A stretch of DNA of 64,000 nt, from contig JAPMXV010000074.1 in the NCBI GenBank assembly GCA_026936335.1, positions 158,408-222,407 on the forward strand. Reading direction: 5' to 3'. Under the pieces are notes generated by a model that had not been told where the DNA came from, did not search any database, and was given only the letters and a program-made list of their open reading frames with translations. The translations under genes and the position numbers were made by a program. Below, piece after piece: positions 32,325 to 42,637 of this stretch (within the stretch, counting starts at the first letter, position 1; the number at the start of each line of letters is the position of its first letter). Origin of the DNA: Mantamonas sphyraenae STR306 (Eukaryota; Protista; CRuMs).

Positions 32325-33506
32325 CTACGGGGATGCCATGGACACATCGCTGTTGCTTCCATCGTTGTCGCAGCCATAGGCAGTGGTGTCTGTGCAGTGA
32401 AACTTCATCTCGAACCACTGATCCTTGCCCAGATCGACATCCGACGGCCCTTCCGTGCGGAACCCAACGCTCTGGTACAAAGGCAGCAGCTGCTCCTTGG
32501 CAATCAATGCCATGTCCTCAATCTGCAGCTCATCCACGGCCCGATGCAAGTAGTGCTTCAGCATCTTGGTCGCAATCCCCTTGCGACGATGTTTCGGTGA
32601 CACAGCCACGCTGTGGACACACAGAATCTTGCCTCCTTCCTTCTGCGGCACGTGGTGGTGCATCGCCTCCTCCGTCAACACGTCTTGGTCCGTCATGCCT
32701 CCGTTGATGAAACCCACCACCTCGCCATCGATGGTGGCCCACATAAAGTGTTCGGGTGCCTCCTCCAGGCGGTCCTGGACCATCTCACGAGTGGCTGCTT
32801 CGTCTGACGGAAACGCTGTGGTTTCCAGGTCGTGGAGGTCGTCCAGAACCTCCTCGGTGGGGTTGAATGAGACCTTGTCGGCGAAATGAAACTCGATGGC
32901 CGGTGTCATGTGTTGATCTCCGCTACTGCTGCTGCTGCTGGCTTCGCTGGACTCGCTTGTGTCGCTGGAGTCGCTTGTGTTGCCGTCTGTGTGGTGAAAC
33001 TTCATCTCGAACCACTGATCCTTGCCCAGATCGACATCCGACGGCCCTTCCGTGCGGAACCCAACGCTCTGGTACAAAGGCAGCAGCTGCTCCTTGGCAA
33101 TCAATGCCATGTCCTCAATCTGCAGCTCATCCACTGCCCGATGCAAGTAGTGCTTCAGCATCTTGGTCGCAATCCCCTTGCGACGATGTTTCGGTGACAC
33201 AGCCACGCTGTGGACACACAGAATCTTGCCTCCTTCCTTCTGCGGCACGTGGTGGTGCATCGCCTCCTCCGTCAACACGTCCTGGTCCGTCATGCCTCCG
33301 TTGATGAAACCCACCACCTCGCCATCGATGGTGGCCCACATAAAGTGTTCGGGTGCCTCCTCCAGGCGGTCCTGGACCATCTCCCGGGTGGCTGCCTCGT
33401 CCGACGGAAACGCTGTGGTTTCCAGGTCGTGGAGGTCGTCCAGAACCTCCTCGGTGGGGTTGAATGATACCATGTCGGCAAAATAGAACTGAATATCGCT
33501 TGTCAT
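32325..33506 (-). CDS. Tandem double-GNAT N-acetyltransferase (arylalkylamine/polyamine Paa1-like)
   Basis: Two copies of LETTAFPSDEAAT...VVGFING...LCVHSVAVSPKHRRKGIATKML...LLPLYQSVGF. Confidence 0.9.
   Translation of the reverse strand: MTSDIQFYFADMVSFNPTEEVLDDLHDLETTAFPSDEAATREMVQDRLEEAPEHFMWATIDGEVVGFINGGMTDQDVLTEEAMHHHVPQKEGGKILCVHSVAVSPKHRRKGIATKMLKHYLHRAVDELQIEDMALIAKEQLLPLYQSVGFRTEGPSDVDLGKDQWFEMKFHHTDGNTSDSSDTSESSEASSSSSSGDQHMTPAIEFHFADKVSFNPTEEVLDDLHDLETTAFPSDEAATREMVQDRLEEAPEHFMWATIDGEVVGFINGGMTDQDVLTEEAMHHHVPQKEGGKILCVHSVAVSPKHRRKGIATKMLKHYLHRAVDELQIEDMALIAKEQLLPLYQSVGFRTEGPSDVDLGKDQWFEMKFHCTDTTAYGCDNDGSNSDVSMASP
32398..33484. repeat. Near-identical in-frame internal duplication, 597-bp period
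   Basis: 32398-32887 matches 32995-33484 with only a handful of substitutions. Confidence 0.9.
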
Positions 33507-33678
33507 TGTGATTGTGTGGGCCGGAATAGAAATAAAAACGCGGGCTAGAAAACTCTGGGCCGCCCAGCGCAACAGAAGTCACCCGCTTTTCAAGCCTTCG
33601 CTCCAATCCACTTTCGGCACAAACTCGCACAGCGGCTTCGCAGGACCATTCCGAGGGAAAGTTGGAATTCGTTGCAGA

Positions 33679-34888
33679 ATGGTGACGGTGGTCGAGGTTG
33701 CGGTGCTCGGGGTCTCGGCGTTCACAGCCTCGTTTGTGACGGGCCTGACCTCGTTTGGTAGGTGTGGCGCATGTGTGGAGTGGTGGTATGAGCGCTCCGG
33801 TGATCGGGGAGAGGCTATGGGACGCCAGGACAACGTGTGGTGGCCGTTTTTTGGGCAGCAGCTGACACGGGCGCCGGCGGCAACGTACATGGATCACGCA
33901 CACAGGCAATGCCATCTTGTTTCAGCTTTGCATGCAGGTGGCGTGGCTGTGGGTGCCGAATGCACCTCACAAGCATGACCTGCTGGGTGTGGTGATCCTG
34001 TTCCGGGCCATCGATTTGAGCAGCACGGTGCCGCTTCTTGTTTCGGAGCGGCGCAATGTGCGCTGGAAGCCACTGCTCCTTCTGATGCCTCCCATGATTG
34101 CGGGAGGGTATTTGGGAGTGCATCTGCTGCTGTCGACGCCCCCACACATCCTGGAGCTTGTGCTGGGGTTCATCTTTTTGGCGTTTGGCGCGTACAAGGT
34201 GGGCGAAGAGGTGTACAACCTCGTGCACACGTTGCAGACGGCACGCACGCACCACCCGTACTCGCTGATGGTCAACAGTGAGCATGGCGAAGGCGTGGCG
34301 ACGTCGGCAGTGACAACAGGTGTCCACGGGCGCGAGGAGCGGTCCGCGGTGAACGGAGAGACATCGGAGGGTTCGGAGACTTTGACAAGGTACACGGGCG
34401 CCACGGGAGTGCTTGCTGCCGTGTCTGCAGGTGTGTTGGACGGACTGTTTGGCACAGCAGGACCGCCTCTGATGATTTGGTCCACGCTCAGTCGCCTGAA
34501 CAAGGCGCTGTTGCGAGCGACCATGCTGGCCATGTTCGGACTCAACAGCATCGTGCTGGCCGTGTACATGTTTGTGCCCATCAGTCCCCCGTTTCTGGGC
34601 AAGTTTGGGTACGTCAATCCCTGGGAGTATCTCATGGTGGTGGCTGGGGCGCTGACAGGGGCGGGTCTCGGCGGATTGCTAAGCCGCTTCATCGGCACGC
34701 GCCTCTTTACACGCCTGATCATCCTCCTGTTGATTCTCGCCTCCACAGCCATGCTGCAGCCAGCCACATGGGTATTGGTCACTGTGTGTGGCGGACTCGT
34801 CCTCCTCCTCGGCATTTTCCTCTGGCTCGATCGTCAGATCGCGCAAGCCGAAGGAAGTGGTGACAGTGTGCAAGAGAGCAAGCCGTGA
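33679..34888 (+). CDS. TauE/SafE (sulfite exporter family) membrane protein; intron 33758-33905
   Basis: Spliced N-terminus ASFVTGLTSFGNAIL, second-half motif GVLDGLFGTAGPP, and multiple TM helices. Confidence 0.8.
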
Positions 34889-34930
34889 TGCAACAATAAA
34901 GCAAAAGGGGATCCATCGTTCAAGCAATCA

Positions 34931-36625
34931 TCACGCCTTGGCCAACATGCTGGACATCTCCTGAGCGTGGCGAGTGAGAGGAGACAACAAACCGTGAGTC
35001 ATGAGCAGATGGTAGGCTGCAAGCTTAAAGGCTTCCCTGGCATCGCGTAGGTTCTTGAGCTGGAGGTGGTCCATGGCCAGGAGGAGATGGGCCACAGACT
35101 TGTCCGGGTGTACCTCGGGCAGGAACATGCCCATGGTCTGCAACAGTGTGGATGACAGGCGCACAGCCGGCTCGTTGATCTGCAGCGCACGATAGCGCGT
35201 GATAAGGGAGGCAGACACGGAGTAAACTCGCGTGTGGAACGGACACAGTACATCCTTGAGGGCGTCGTAGGCCTTGTGCAGATTCTCCACCTCCTCTTTT
35301 GTGTCCAGGCTTGCTTCGGCGTCCTCCACAGCCGCCATCGCCTGTGCCTCGAGCTCCACCAGGTCTTGTTGGGCAGAACTGTTGTCCAGTGCAGCCGCTT
35401 CGTGTGCAGCGACGGTGTCGAACACGACATGGTCGCAGATGACGCAGAGCCAGGCGGCCCCCTGCGGCAGCTCGACGTCTGAGCGTCGCCAGGCCTTGGG
35501 CAGGTCGGCAGGCACGAGGACACCCTTGCAGCGCTTGGAGGCGGTGGCAATGGAGGGACACAACCTGGCTGTGAGCAACATGTCCATGCTGATGCGTGGA
35601 CCGCGTTCCTCGACGTCGTCGGCATCAAACACAGCCAGAGGCTCTGTGCATCGGTTGCAATCGCACGCAAAGCCATACACGTCGGCCAGGAAGCGTGTGC
35701 GGTCAGCACGTGAGTCGCTCAGATCCACGTAGCTGATGGTCAGCGGCTCGCCCTTTTTGATGGCTGTGCAGGCGTGGATTTCCATGCGGGTGCCATGGAA
35801 CACGGGCGCACAATTGGGTTCGCACGAGTGGTTCAGTACCGCCGCAGCCATGTACACAGCCAGTCCCACAGCGGTGCCGTTATGCACCACGGTGAACCCG
35901 TTGGCCCGGTATCGCAAATAGACCCACTTGAGGTCCTCCTCGGTGGCAGGCTGCACCACACCTGCACTCTTCTTGCCCTTTGGAGGCAGCATGAGGCAGT
36001 TGATGGCATCGAGCTGGGCCAAGGTGTCACGCAGTCCGCCCTCGCGCACCTTGGCCCCCTGTGCTTCGTCCAGCTGCTCCAGACGAGAGTATAGGTCTGC
36101 CTCGTTCGTCTCCTTGCCCTTGCCGCTGTCCTCACTCTTTTCCTTCTCAGCATCCTGCTTCTGCTTGAGGCGCAGCAGCCGCGCAAGGAGCATGTCCACA
36201 CTCAGGGCGTTTTCTTGCCGCCACGCCACGTATTCCTGTGCCTCCTGCTCGGATTTGCCCAGAGTTTTCACCGCGTATGCGTGCAGGGCCTCCATGGCGC
36301 CCTGGCATTCGTACTTGTGGCCAGCCCGCCAGGCCTTGACCTGGCAATCGCGATTGCAGTACCGCGCATAGCGACAGGCCGAGCAGGAGTGGGTGGAGCC
36401 TCCGCTGCTGCTGCTGGAGGAGGAGGAGGAGGAGGAGGAGGAGGAGGAGGAGGGCTTGATGTCGTTCAAGTCGGCCAGGCAGTGGTGACAGCAGGAGGTG
36501 AAACAATCCTGGTCTGGGACGACGGCGTCGGGCTGGCCAGCAACAAGGATGTCGCCGAGACTGATGTCCTGTCCAGCAAATGCACCATTGCCTTTGTTTC
36601 CGTCGGTTTGGACTTGCACAAGCAT
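34931..36625 (-). CDS. SMYD-family SET + MYND lysine methyltransferase
   Basis: Motifs KGNGAFA, CHHC...CSACRYARYCNRDCQ...HKYEC, NHSCEPN, LTISY, YGFACDCNRC, and a helical C-terminus. Confidence 0.92.
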   Translation of the reverse strand: MLVQVQTDGNKGNGAFAGQDISLGDILVAGQPDAVVPDQDCFTSCCHHCLADLNDIKPSSSSSSSSSSSSSSSSGGSTHSCSACRYARYCNRDCQVKAWRAGHKYECQGAMEALHAYAVKTLGKSEQEAQEYVAWRQENALSVDMLLARLLRLKQKQDAEKEKSEDSGKGKETNEADLYSRLEQLDEAQGAKVREGGLRDTLAQLDAINCLMLPPKGKKSAGVVQPATEEDLKWVYLRYRANGFTVVHNGTAVGLAVYMAAAVLNHSCEPNCAPVFHGTRMEIHACTAIKKGEPLTISYVDLSDSRADRTRFLADVYGFACDCNRCTEPLAVFDADDVEERGPRISMDMLLTARLCPSIATASKRCKGVLVPADLPKAWRRSDVELPQGAAWLCVICDHVVFDTVAAHEAAALDNSSAQQDLVELEAQAMAAVEDAEASLDTKEEVENLHKAYDALKDVLCPFHTRVYSVSASLITRYRALQINEPAVRLSSTLLQTMGMFLPEVHPDKSVAHLLLAMDHLQLKNLRDAREAFKLAAYHLLMTHGLLSPLTRHAQEMSSMLAKA

Positions 36626-36722
36626 GCTGTGTGTGTGTGTGGGGGGGTTTTGGGCGGGGCAGGGGACGAGTTGGGACGGGGGCGGCGGCGGCGGCGGCGT
36701 CGACGAGTGCAAGGCAAAGTCG

Positions 36723-38264
36723 ATGAGCACACAGGGAACGACGGGTAAAAAGGCAAAGGGAAAGAGTGGAGGTGGGAAGGAAGGAAGCAGCAACAGCAGC
36801 AGCAGCAATGGGAAAAATGGGAAAGGGAAAAAGAAGAACAACATCGTGCTGACGGAGTTTGAGGACTTTGAAGACGACGGATTTACGGTGCTGACGAACA
36901 AGGGGGCGGAGAAGGACACGTCGCCGCCGAAGCAGTGGCTGGTGTTTGTGGTGCACGGCATTGGGCAGCAGGACAGGAAGCCGGGAGAGTTGAAAGTGGC
37001 CAAGCGTGCAGCGGCGTTGCGGAACGAGATGGAGGCGTTGCTGGCAGGGCGATTCCAAGGGACGCAGAAGCTGGAGATCACGGTGGTGCCTGTGGAGTGG
37101 CACAGTGCGGCGCACACCAACAATCCCATGATGGATCAGGTGAAGAGATGCCAGCCTCAGAGGGGAAAACACTTTCGGGATGCGCTCAACACGCGTATCC
37201 TGGACGTGCAGCTGTACCAGATGCCGCTGTACGCACAGAGGATCGTGGACACGGTGACGGAACAGATGAACGAGGGGTTTCTGCGCGTGCGTGCAGCCCA
37301 CAACGGCGAGTGGACGGGAAAGGTGGCTGTGGTTGCCCACTCGCTGGGCTCTGTGGTGACGTGGGACATCCTGTCGCACCAACAGCGTGTGGACCCCAAG
37401 CGGCCGCGGCGTGACGTCGCTGTGGACGACACAGAATTGGGGTTGTCGTTTGCGCCGCTGGAGTTTGAGGTGGACTCGTACTTTCTGCTGGGCTCGCCCG
37501 TGGCGCTGTTTATGGCGTTCCGTGGCAAGCAGTTTGGCAAATCACTGCCATTCATGCGTGCTCAGGTGTCGGAGGAGGGGGAAGAGGAGGAGGTGGTGGG
37601 CGAGGGCGAGGGCGAGGCTGGCAGCGACGTCGAGAGCGAAAGCGGGCCTGAGTGGCAGCAGCAAACTCTGAAGCCTGCGTTGCCAACGACACACCATCTG
37701 TACAATGTGTTCCATCCAGCAGACCCTGTGGCACACCGTTTGGAGCCCATCATCGACGGGTTTGAGGATGGGGAGGAGAGCGTGGTGATGGACCACGTCG
37801 GACGGGGCCACAAAGGCACGCAGAGGATGCATGTGGTGGCAGGCAAGAAGCTGCGTGAAGGATACGAGGCGCTGTCGGACATGAAGGGGTCGCTGAGTGA
37901 CCTGCGGGACAAATGGGGCCTGCATCGCGGGAAAAAGGCGGTGGAGGAGGGTGAGGAGGGCGGAGTGCAGGAGGAGGTGGAGAAGGAGGAGGAGGTGGAG
38001 CAGGAGACGATAGTGAAGGAGGAGGAGGTGGTGGAGGAGGAGGGTGGCGAGGAGGGGGAGGAGGTGTTGCATCGCGGAAGCTTCCAGCAACACGAACGTC
38101 GTGTCCGATATGACTATGAGCTGCAGCAAAACATGCTTCAGGACGTGGTGTCGGACCACGTGTTTGCACTGAAAGCGCACAACGAGTATTTTCAGCACCG
38201 GGACGTGGCGCTGTTTGTGCTGCAGAGGCTGCAGATGAGCGACGGACAAGAGGAGGCGGTTTGA
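36723..38264 (+). CDS. DDHD-domain intracellular phospholipase A1
   Basis: Motifs LVFVVHGIG, VEWH, AHSLGS, FLLGSP, YNVFHPADPVAHRLEP, RYDYELQ, AHNEYF. Confidence 0.9.
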   Translation: MSTQGTTGKKAKGKSGGGKEGSSNSSSSNGKNGKGKKKNNIVLTEFEDFEDDGFTVLTNKGAEKDTSPPKQWLVFVVHGIGQQDRKPGELKVAKRAAALRNEMEALLAGRFQGTQKLEITVVPVEWHSAAHTNNPMMDQVKRCQPQRGKHFRDALNTRILDVQLYQMPLYAQRIVDTVTEQMNEGFLRVRAAHNGEWTGKVAVVAHSLGSVVTWDILSHQQRVDPKRPRRDVAVDDTELGLSFAPLEFEVDSYFLLGSPVALFMAFRGKQFGKSLPFMRAQVSEEGEEEEVVGEGEGEAGSDVESESGPEWQQQTLKPALPTTHHLYNVFHPADPVAHRLEPIIDGFEDGEESVVMDHVGRGHKGTQRMHVVAGKKLREGYEALSDMKGSLSDLRDKWGLHRGKKAVEEGEEGGVQEEVEKEEEVEQETIVKEEEVVEEEGGEEGEEVLHRGSFQQHERRVRYDYELQQNMLQDVVSDHVFALKAHNEYFQHRDVALFVLQRLQMSDGQEEAV

Positions 38265-38337
38265 AGGGTGGCATTGTGGCACATTGCTTGATTTTGGCAA
38301 AATGGAGAGCGTGCGTGTGTGGATTGTGCGGACTAAA

Positions 38338-38351
38338 TCACTCGCGGCGGC

Positions 38352-38382
<31 letters not shown>

Positions 38383-40238
38383 CTTGCCACGGCGCTTGCT
38401 GCGCGCCTTCTTGATCTCCTTCTTGCGCTTGAGGACCATGGAGTAGATCTTGTCGCGGTAGTCGACGACGCTGTACTTGACATCGTCGTCAATGAGGATC
38501 TGGATCTCCTTGGTGATTTCGGGCTCATCGTCCTCATTGTGGAATTGGGAGACGTATTCGTGCTCCAGGGACTCGTAGGCAGTCAGGCGCTTCTCCGGGT
38601 TGAATTGGAGAAGGCACTCGAGGAGATCGAGGGCTTCTTCCGAGGCACGGGGAAACATGTGCTTGAAGGAACGCTTCTTGGGGTCCGGGAGGGACTCGAG
38701 CATGGTGGAGGCAAACGGGGAGTTGATGGCCTCGATGTCCTCGTCGCTGGGTTTGCCCGTGAGCTCGATGATGCGGTCGAGCTGGTTCATGGTGGATGTT
38801 CCGGGAAAGATGGGCTTGCCATTGATGAGTTCACCGAGAATGCAGCCGACAGACCACATGTCCACGGCCTTTGTGTACGAGGTGGAGCCGAGGAGGATCT
38901 CTGGGGCGCGGTACCAACGTGTGGCGACGTAATCGGTGAGTGCGCTGCTGGACGTTTTGTCGTTCTCAAGGGCAGCAACAGAGCGGGCAAGGCCGAAATC
39001 GGCAAGTTTGCAGTGGCTGTGTGAAGCGTGTGCGGGCGTGCGGGGCGTTAGTTTGCAAGGCGCGAGAAGGTTGCGAGGGACCCGAGGCAAGCGATCGTAC
39101 CAGTCACTGTTGAGGAGGAGATTGGAGGGTTTGATGTCACTGTACGGGGCAGAGTGTGTGTGAAATGAGGGAGGAGGAGGAGGACGGGGGGGGGGGGGGG
39201 GGGGAAGGGCGTGAGCGGACGCTTCGCAGAAAGGCATGTGAGTTGGGTTTGGAGCGCGTACCGGTGGATGAGGTCGCCCGAATGCATGTACTTGAGGCCC
39301 TTGAGCAGCTGGTAAATGATGTACTGTTTGTGGATTTCCTCGAGGATGTTTGCACGGATGACGGCGTGCAGATCGGTTTCTGTGCAGTGTGGCAGGCGGG
39401 CGGGTTAGGTTCGTCGGTGTTCGGCGGAACGCGGCGGGGCGAGAGCGGAGGAGCCCGGTGCACTGCAGCTGCAGGAGGGAGCACTGGCAACCACATACCC
39501 ATGTATTCGAAAATGAGGTAGATGTCCTGTGGAGAGGTGGCAAATGGGAGAAGGGTCGGGTGAGTGGAGGGTGGGTGCAGGAGGAAAGCGGTGGAAAAAA
39601 GGCAGGTGGAAAAGTTCCTTGTGCCCTCTCGCGCTGCGTACCTTGTCGTTGTCGGCCTTGAGGACGTTCAGGAGACGAATGACGTGGTCGTGGCCGTAGA
39701 GCTCCTGTAGGTACATGATTTCGCGAAAGGTTCGCTGCGCATCGGTGGCATTCTACAGTGGGGGGCCGGTGCGAACAAGGAGCGGGTGTGTGAGTTGCTA
39801 CACATCTTCGCTGGGGGACAGGCAACAAGGACGCAGGGAGACGAGAAGCACGTACGGAGAAGGCATCAAAGATTTTCTTCAAGGCGATCTGGTGGCGGAG
39901 GAGCAGGCGAGGGTTTGTGAGCGGGGTGAGGGGGGTTTGGGCGGGAAGCTGAGCTGGCAAAATTCGGGTTGAGCACAAAACGCACTGTTTCGCGGGAGCG
40001 CTTCTCGATGGCCTTCCACACGATGCCGTAGGCACCTTTGCCGATCTTTTGGATGATCTCGTACTTGCGGGTCACGTGGCGGTCGATCTCTGTGGAAATG
40101 GATGGACGGGCGGGAGAGGTGGGTGGTGGTCAGCAGGAGTGGGGAAGGACGCGGGGGGTGGATGAAGGGGGGGGTCGGGTGTGGGTGCATGCACGTTGCT
40201 GGGTTGGAGAGAGATGGCGTTGTGGTACCTTCAGACAT
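38338..40238 (-). CDS. MAPK15: Atypical MAP kinase MAPK15/ERK7; 8 exons
   Basis: Spliced product [30 protein letters not shown]...[18 protein letters not shown]...HRDIKPSN...DFGLAR...[14 protein letters not shown]. Seven GT-AG introns, all phase-consistent. Confidence 0.93.
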
Positions 40239-40304
40239 GGTGCTTGGGGTCTATGCGAGGTGGTGGGTCGGGCGGCGCACGGCACAGAGGCGGCCAACAA
40301 GAAA

Positions 40305-42630
40305 ATGTCGGGATTGCTGGGCAAGTTCAAGAGCTACCTGCGGCATAGGGCGCGGCATAGGTATGTATGGGTTGAGGTGGGAGGGGGACGGAGGATGGAG
40401 GACGGAGTGGTTGTATTGACACGAGGGCACGGCACCTCAGCGATCTTGGGTTGGACGACATTGAACAGATGACGACGGAGAAGCGGTTGAGCTATTTATT
40501 GCACACACCCGGTGCGCAGGAGCCAGTGGACAAGGCAAGCACGGGCATGTATGAAAGGTGGGTGTGTGGAGGCGTCGCGCTGCAGAGCGGGAACGGGTTG
40601 CAGGGCAAGGGCTGACGCGCGTGAGAGACGGGACGCAGCTTTTGTGTTGTCGGGCACGACCACACGCGCAACACCTACAAGGACGCAGAGGGGCGGACAC
40701 GGTACCCGCCAAAACTGTTGTACAAATATCCAAGCGAGGGGTGAGTGGAGGGAACGCGTGCGTGTGGGAGCGTGGCGAGACGGCGGGAGGGCGTGGGCAG
40801 CAGCTGACGCAGGCTTGGACAAACGGCGGTGGCAGCGGATGCAACATTCCGGAGCTGGCGGCGTTCTGTTTTCCCGACGGAGTGGCGGTGCGTGTGGAGC
40901 AGAGGAGCAAGTCGGGCACAAACCTGCTGGAGTATCTGTTTCGGCCGCCGTTTGTGGACGAAGACCAGTGCCACGTGTTTATGTTGAGCGGCATGGATGG
41001 AGTGTACTACGGCGTGTGCGTGACGACCGAGGGTTTGATGCAAGACGTGCCTGGGTTTGTGAATCCGGAGCGGTCGTACGATAACATGATGCGTAGTCCG
41101 TATGCGACGGTGACGCAGAGATGCTTCTGCTTGCTGACGCGGTTCCCCGCGTTTGGCATGCACTACGACGTTCTGGTCAACATCCTATCCTTGGACCACC
41201 TGGACCGAGTGTCGAGTGCCGCCGTACAGGAGCTGACGACGACCATGGCTGGTGGTGGGGCAGGCGCCAGTGGTTATGCGGCCATCGAAAGCGAGGAGGA
41301 GGAGCAAGGGAGTGAGGCAGAGACGTCTGGCACAGGGGTACGTGTGCACTACGAGGCAAGAGTGGAGGATTCGCAATCGATGGGATCGTCGTCGGAGTTT
41401 GTGCTTGTGCCGAGAGAGGAGGGGATGATGAGCAGGCGGAGCAAGTCTGTGCGGCTGGTGAAGCAGACCACGACCACGAACCTGGGTACGGTGGTGCATC
41501 AAGATGAGGAGATGGTGGTGACGGAGGAGGAAGATGCAGTGATTTTGTCGTCGACGACAGGGGGTGAGGTGGAGTGGATGGGGAAGGAGGAGGGGAAGGA
41601 GGAGGGGAAGGAGGAGGGGAAGGAGGAGGGGAAGGAGGGGAAGGAGGAGGGAGAGGAGGATGAGGACGTGGTGGTGGACGTGGCGGTGGCCGAGTCGATG
41701 AATCGGAGCGACTTGAGCGAGGCGAGCGTGCAAGGAGACGGAAAGACGTACGCGGAACTGGTGCTGGAGCTGTTGGCAAAGTATAAGGAGCAGCGAATGC
41801 CCGAGGCTGGTGGGAAGCTAAGCTTCCGGCCAGAGATTGCGAGCGCAGACATCCCGTTGATGGAGTTGACGGTGCCGTCGGAGGATGAAGAGGCGACGTT
41901 GTTGGGCCAGTGGGCTGTGATCCTGCTGTTCCAGTACCTGTCGCTGGACACCATTCTGCAGTATTTGAGTGCGGTGCTGCTGGAGAAGCAGGTGGTTGTG
42001 ATTTGTGGGGACTTGAGGAAGCTGTCGGGAGTGATTCTTGCGCTGATACCGCTGCTGCGACCGTTTGAGTGGCAGGGGGCGATGATTCCTGTCCTCCCTG
42101 GGTCGCTACATGACGTACTGGATGCACCGACACCGTACGTGGTGGGCGTGACGGGCTTGGAGAGCAAGGCCAGGCTAAAGGCGCTGCGGGAATCGTGCTG
42201 TGTGCTGGACGTGGAGAGCAATAACTTCCGGTCGAACGAGGTGCTGCCGCCATTGCCACAGGTGAAATCGCTGGCGAGCAAGCTGCAGCTGTACCACAAC
42301 GAAGTGCACACACAGGAGATGGACGAGGCGGCGTGTGCGATGCTGTGCAGTGGGATTGCAAGCGAACTGAGCATGTACTGGGGCGAGATCCTACACGACT
42401 TTCACAGCTACACGGTGACCGACCGAAGCGATATTGACAAGCCGATTACGGTGTTTCTGCACGCGATGTGGGTGGAGAACCAGGCCGACGCCGGTGACGC
42501 CGACTTTCTGGAAGCGTTTGGGAACACGCAGCTGTTCCACGTGCACGCAGACAAGCTGTTGCACGCGCACAATGCGAGCGAACAAGAGCAGAGTGGAGAG
42601 GACGAGGACGAGGACCAGGGGACGGAATAG
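40305..42630 (+). CDS. DENN-domain protein (putative Rab GEF); 5' introns
   Basis: Motifs FCFPDGV, YYGVCV, RCFCLLTRFP, VLLEKQVVV, LLRPFEWQG, IPVLP, LDAPTPYVVG, FGNTQLF. 5' exons inferred from GT-AG sites. Confidence 0.88.
41581..41652 (+). repeat. 12-bp coding minisatellite (GKEE)n
   Basis: gggaaggaggag repeated about 5-6 times. Confidence 0.8.
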
Positions 42631-42637
42631 ACGCGGA

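Noticed and set aside
13700-34888. Horizontal transfer of the DUF1499-like and TauE genes from bacteria
   Set aside because: Both families occur in diverse eukaryotes and TauE has an intron. The claim needs a phylogeny.
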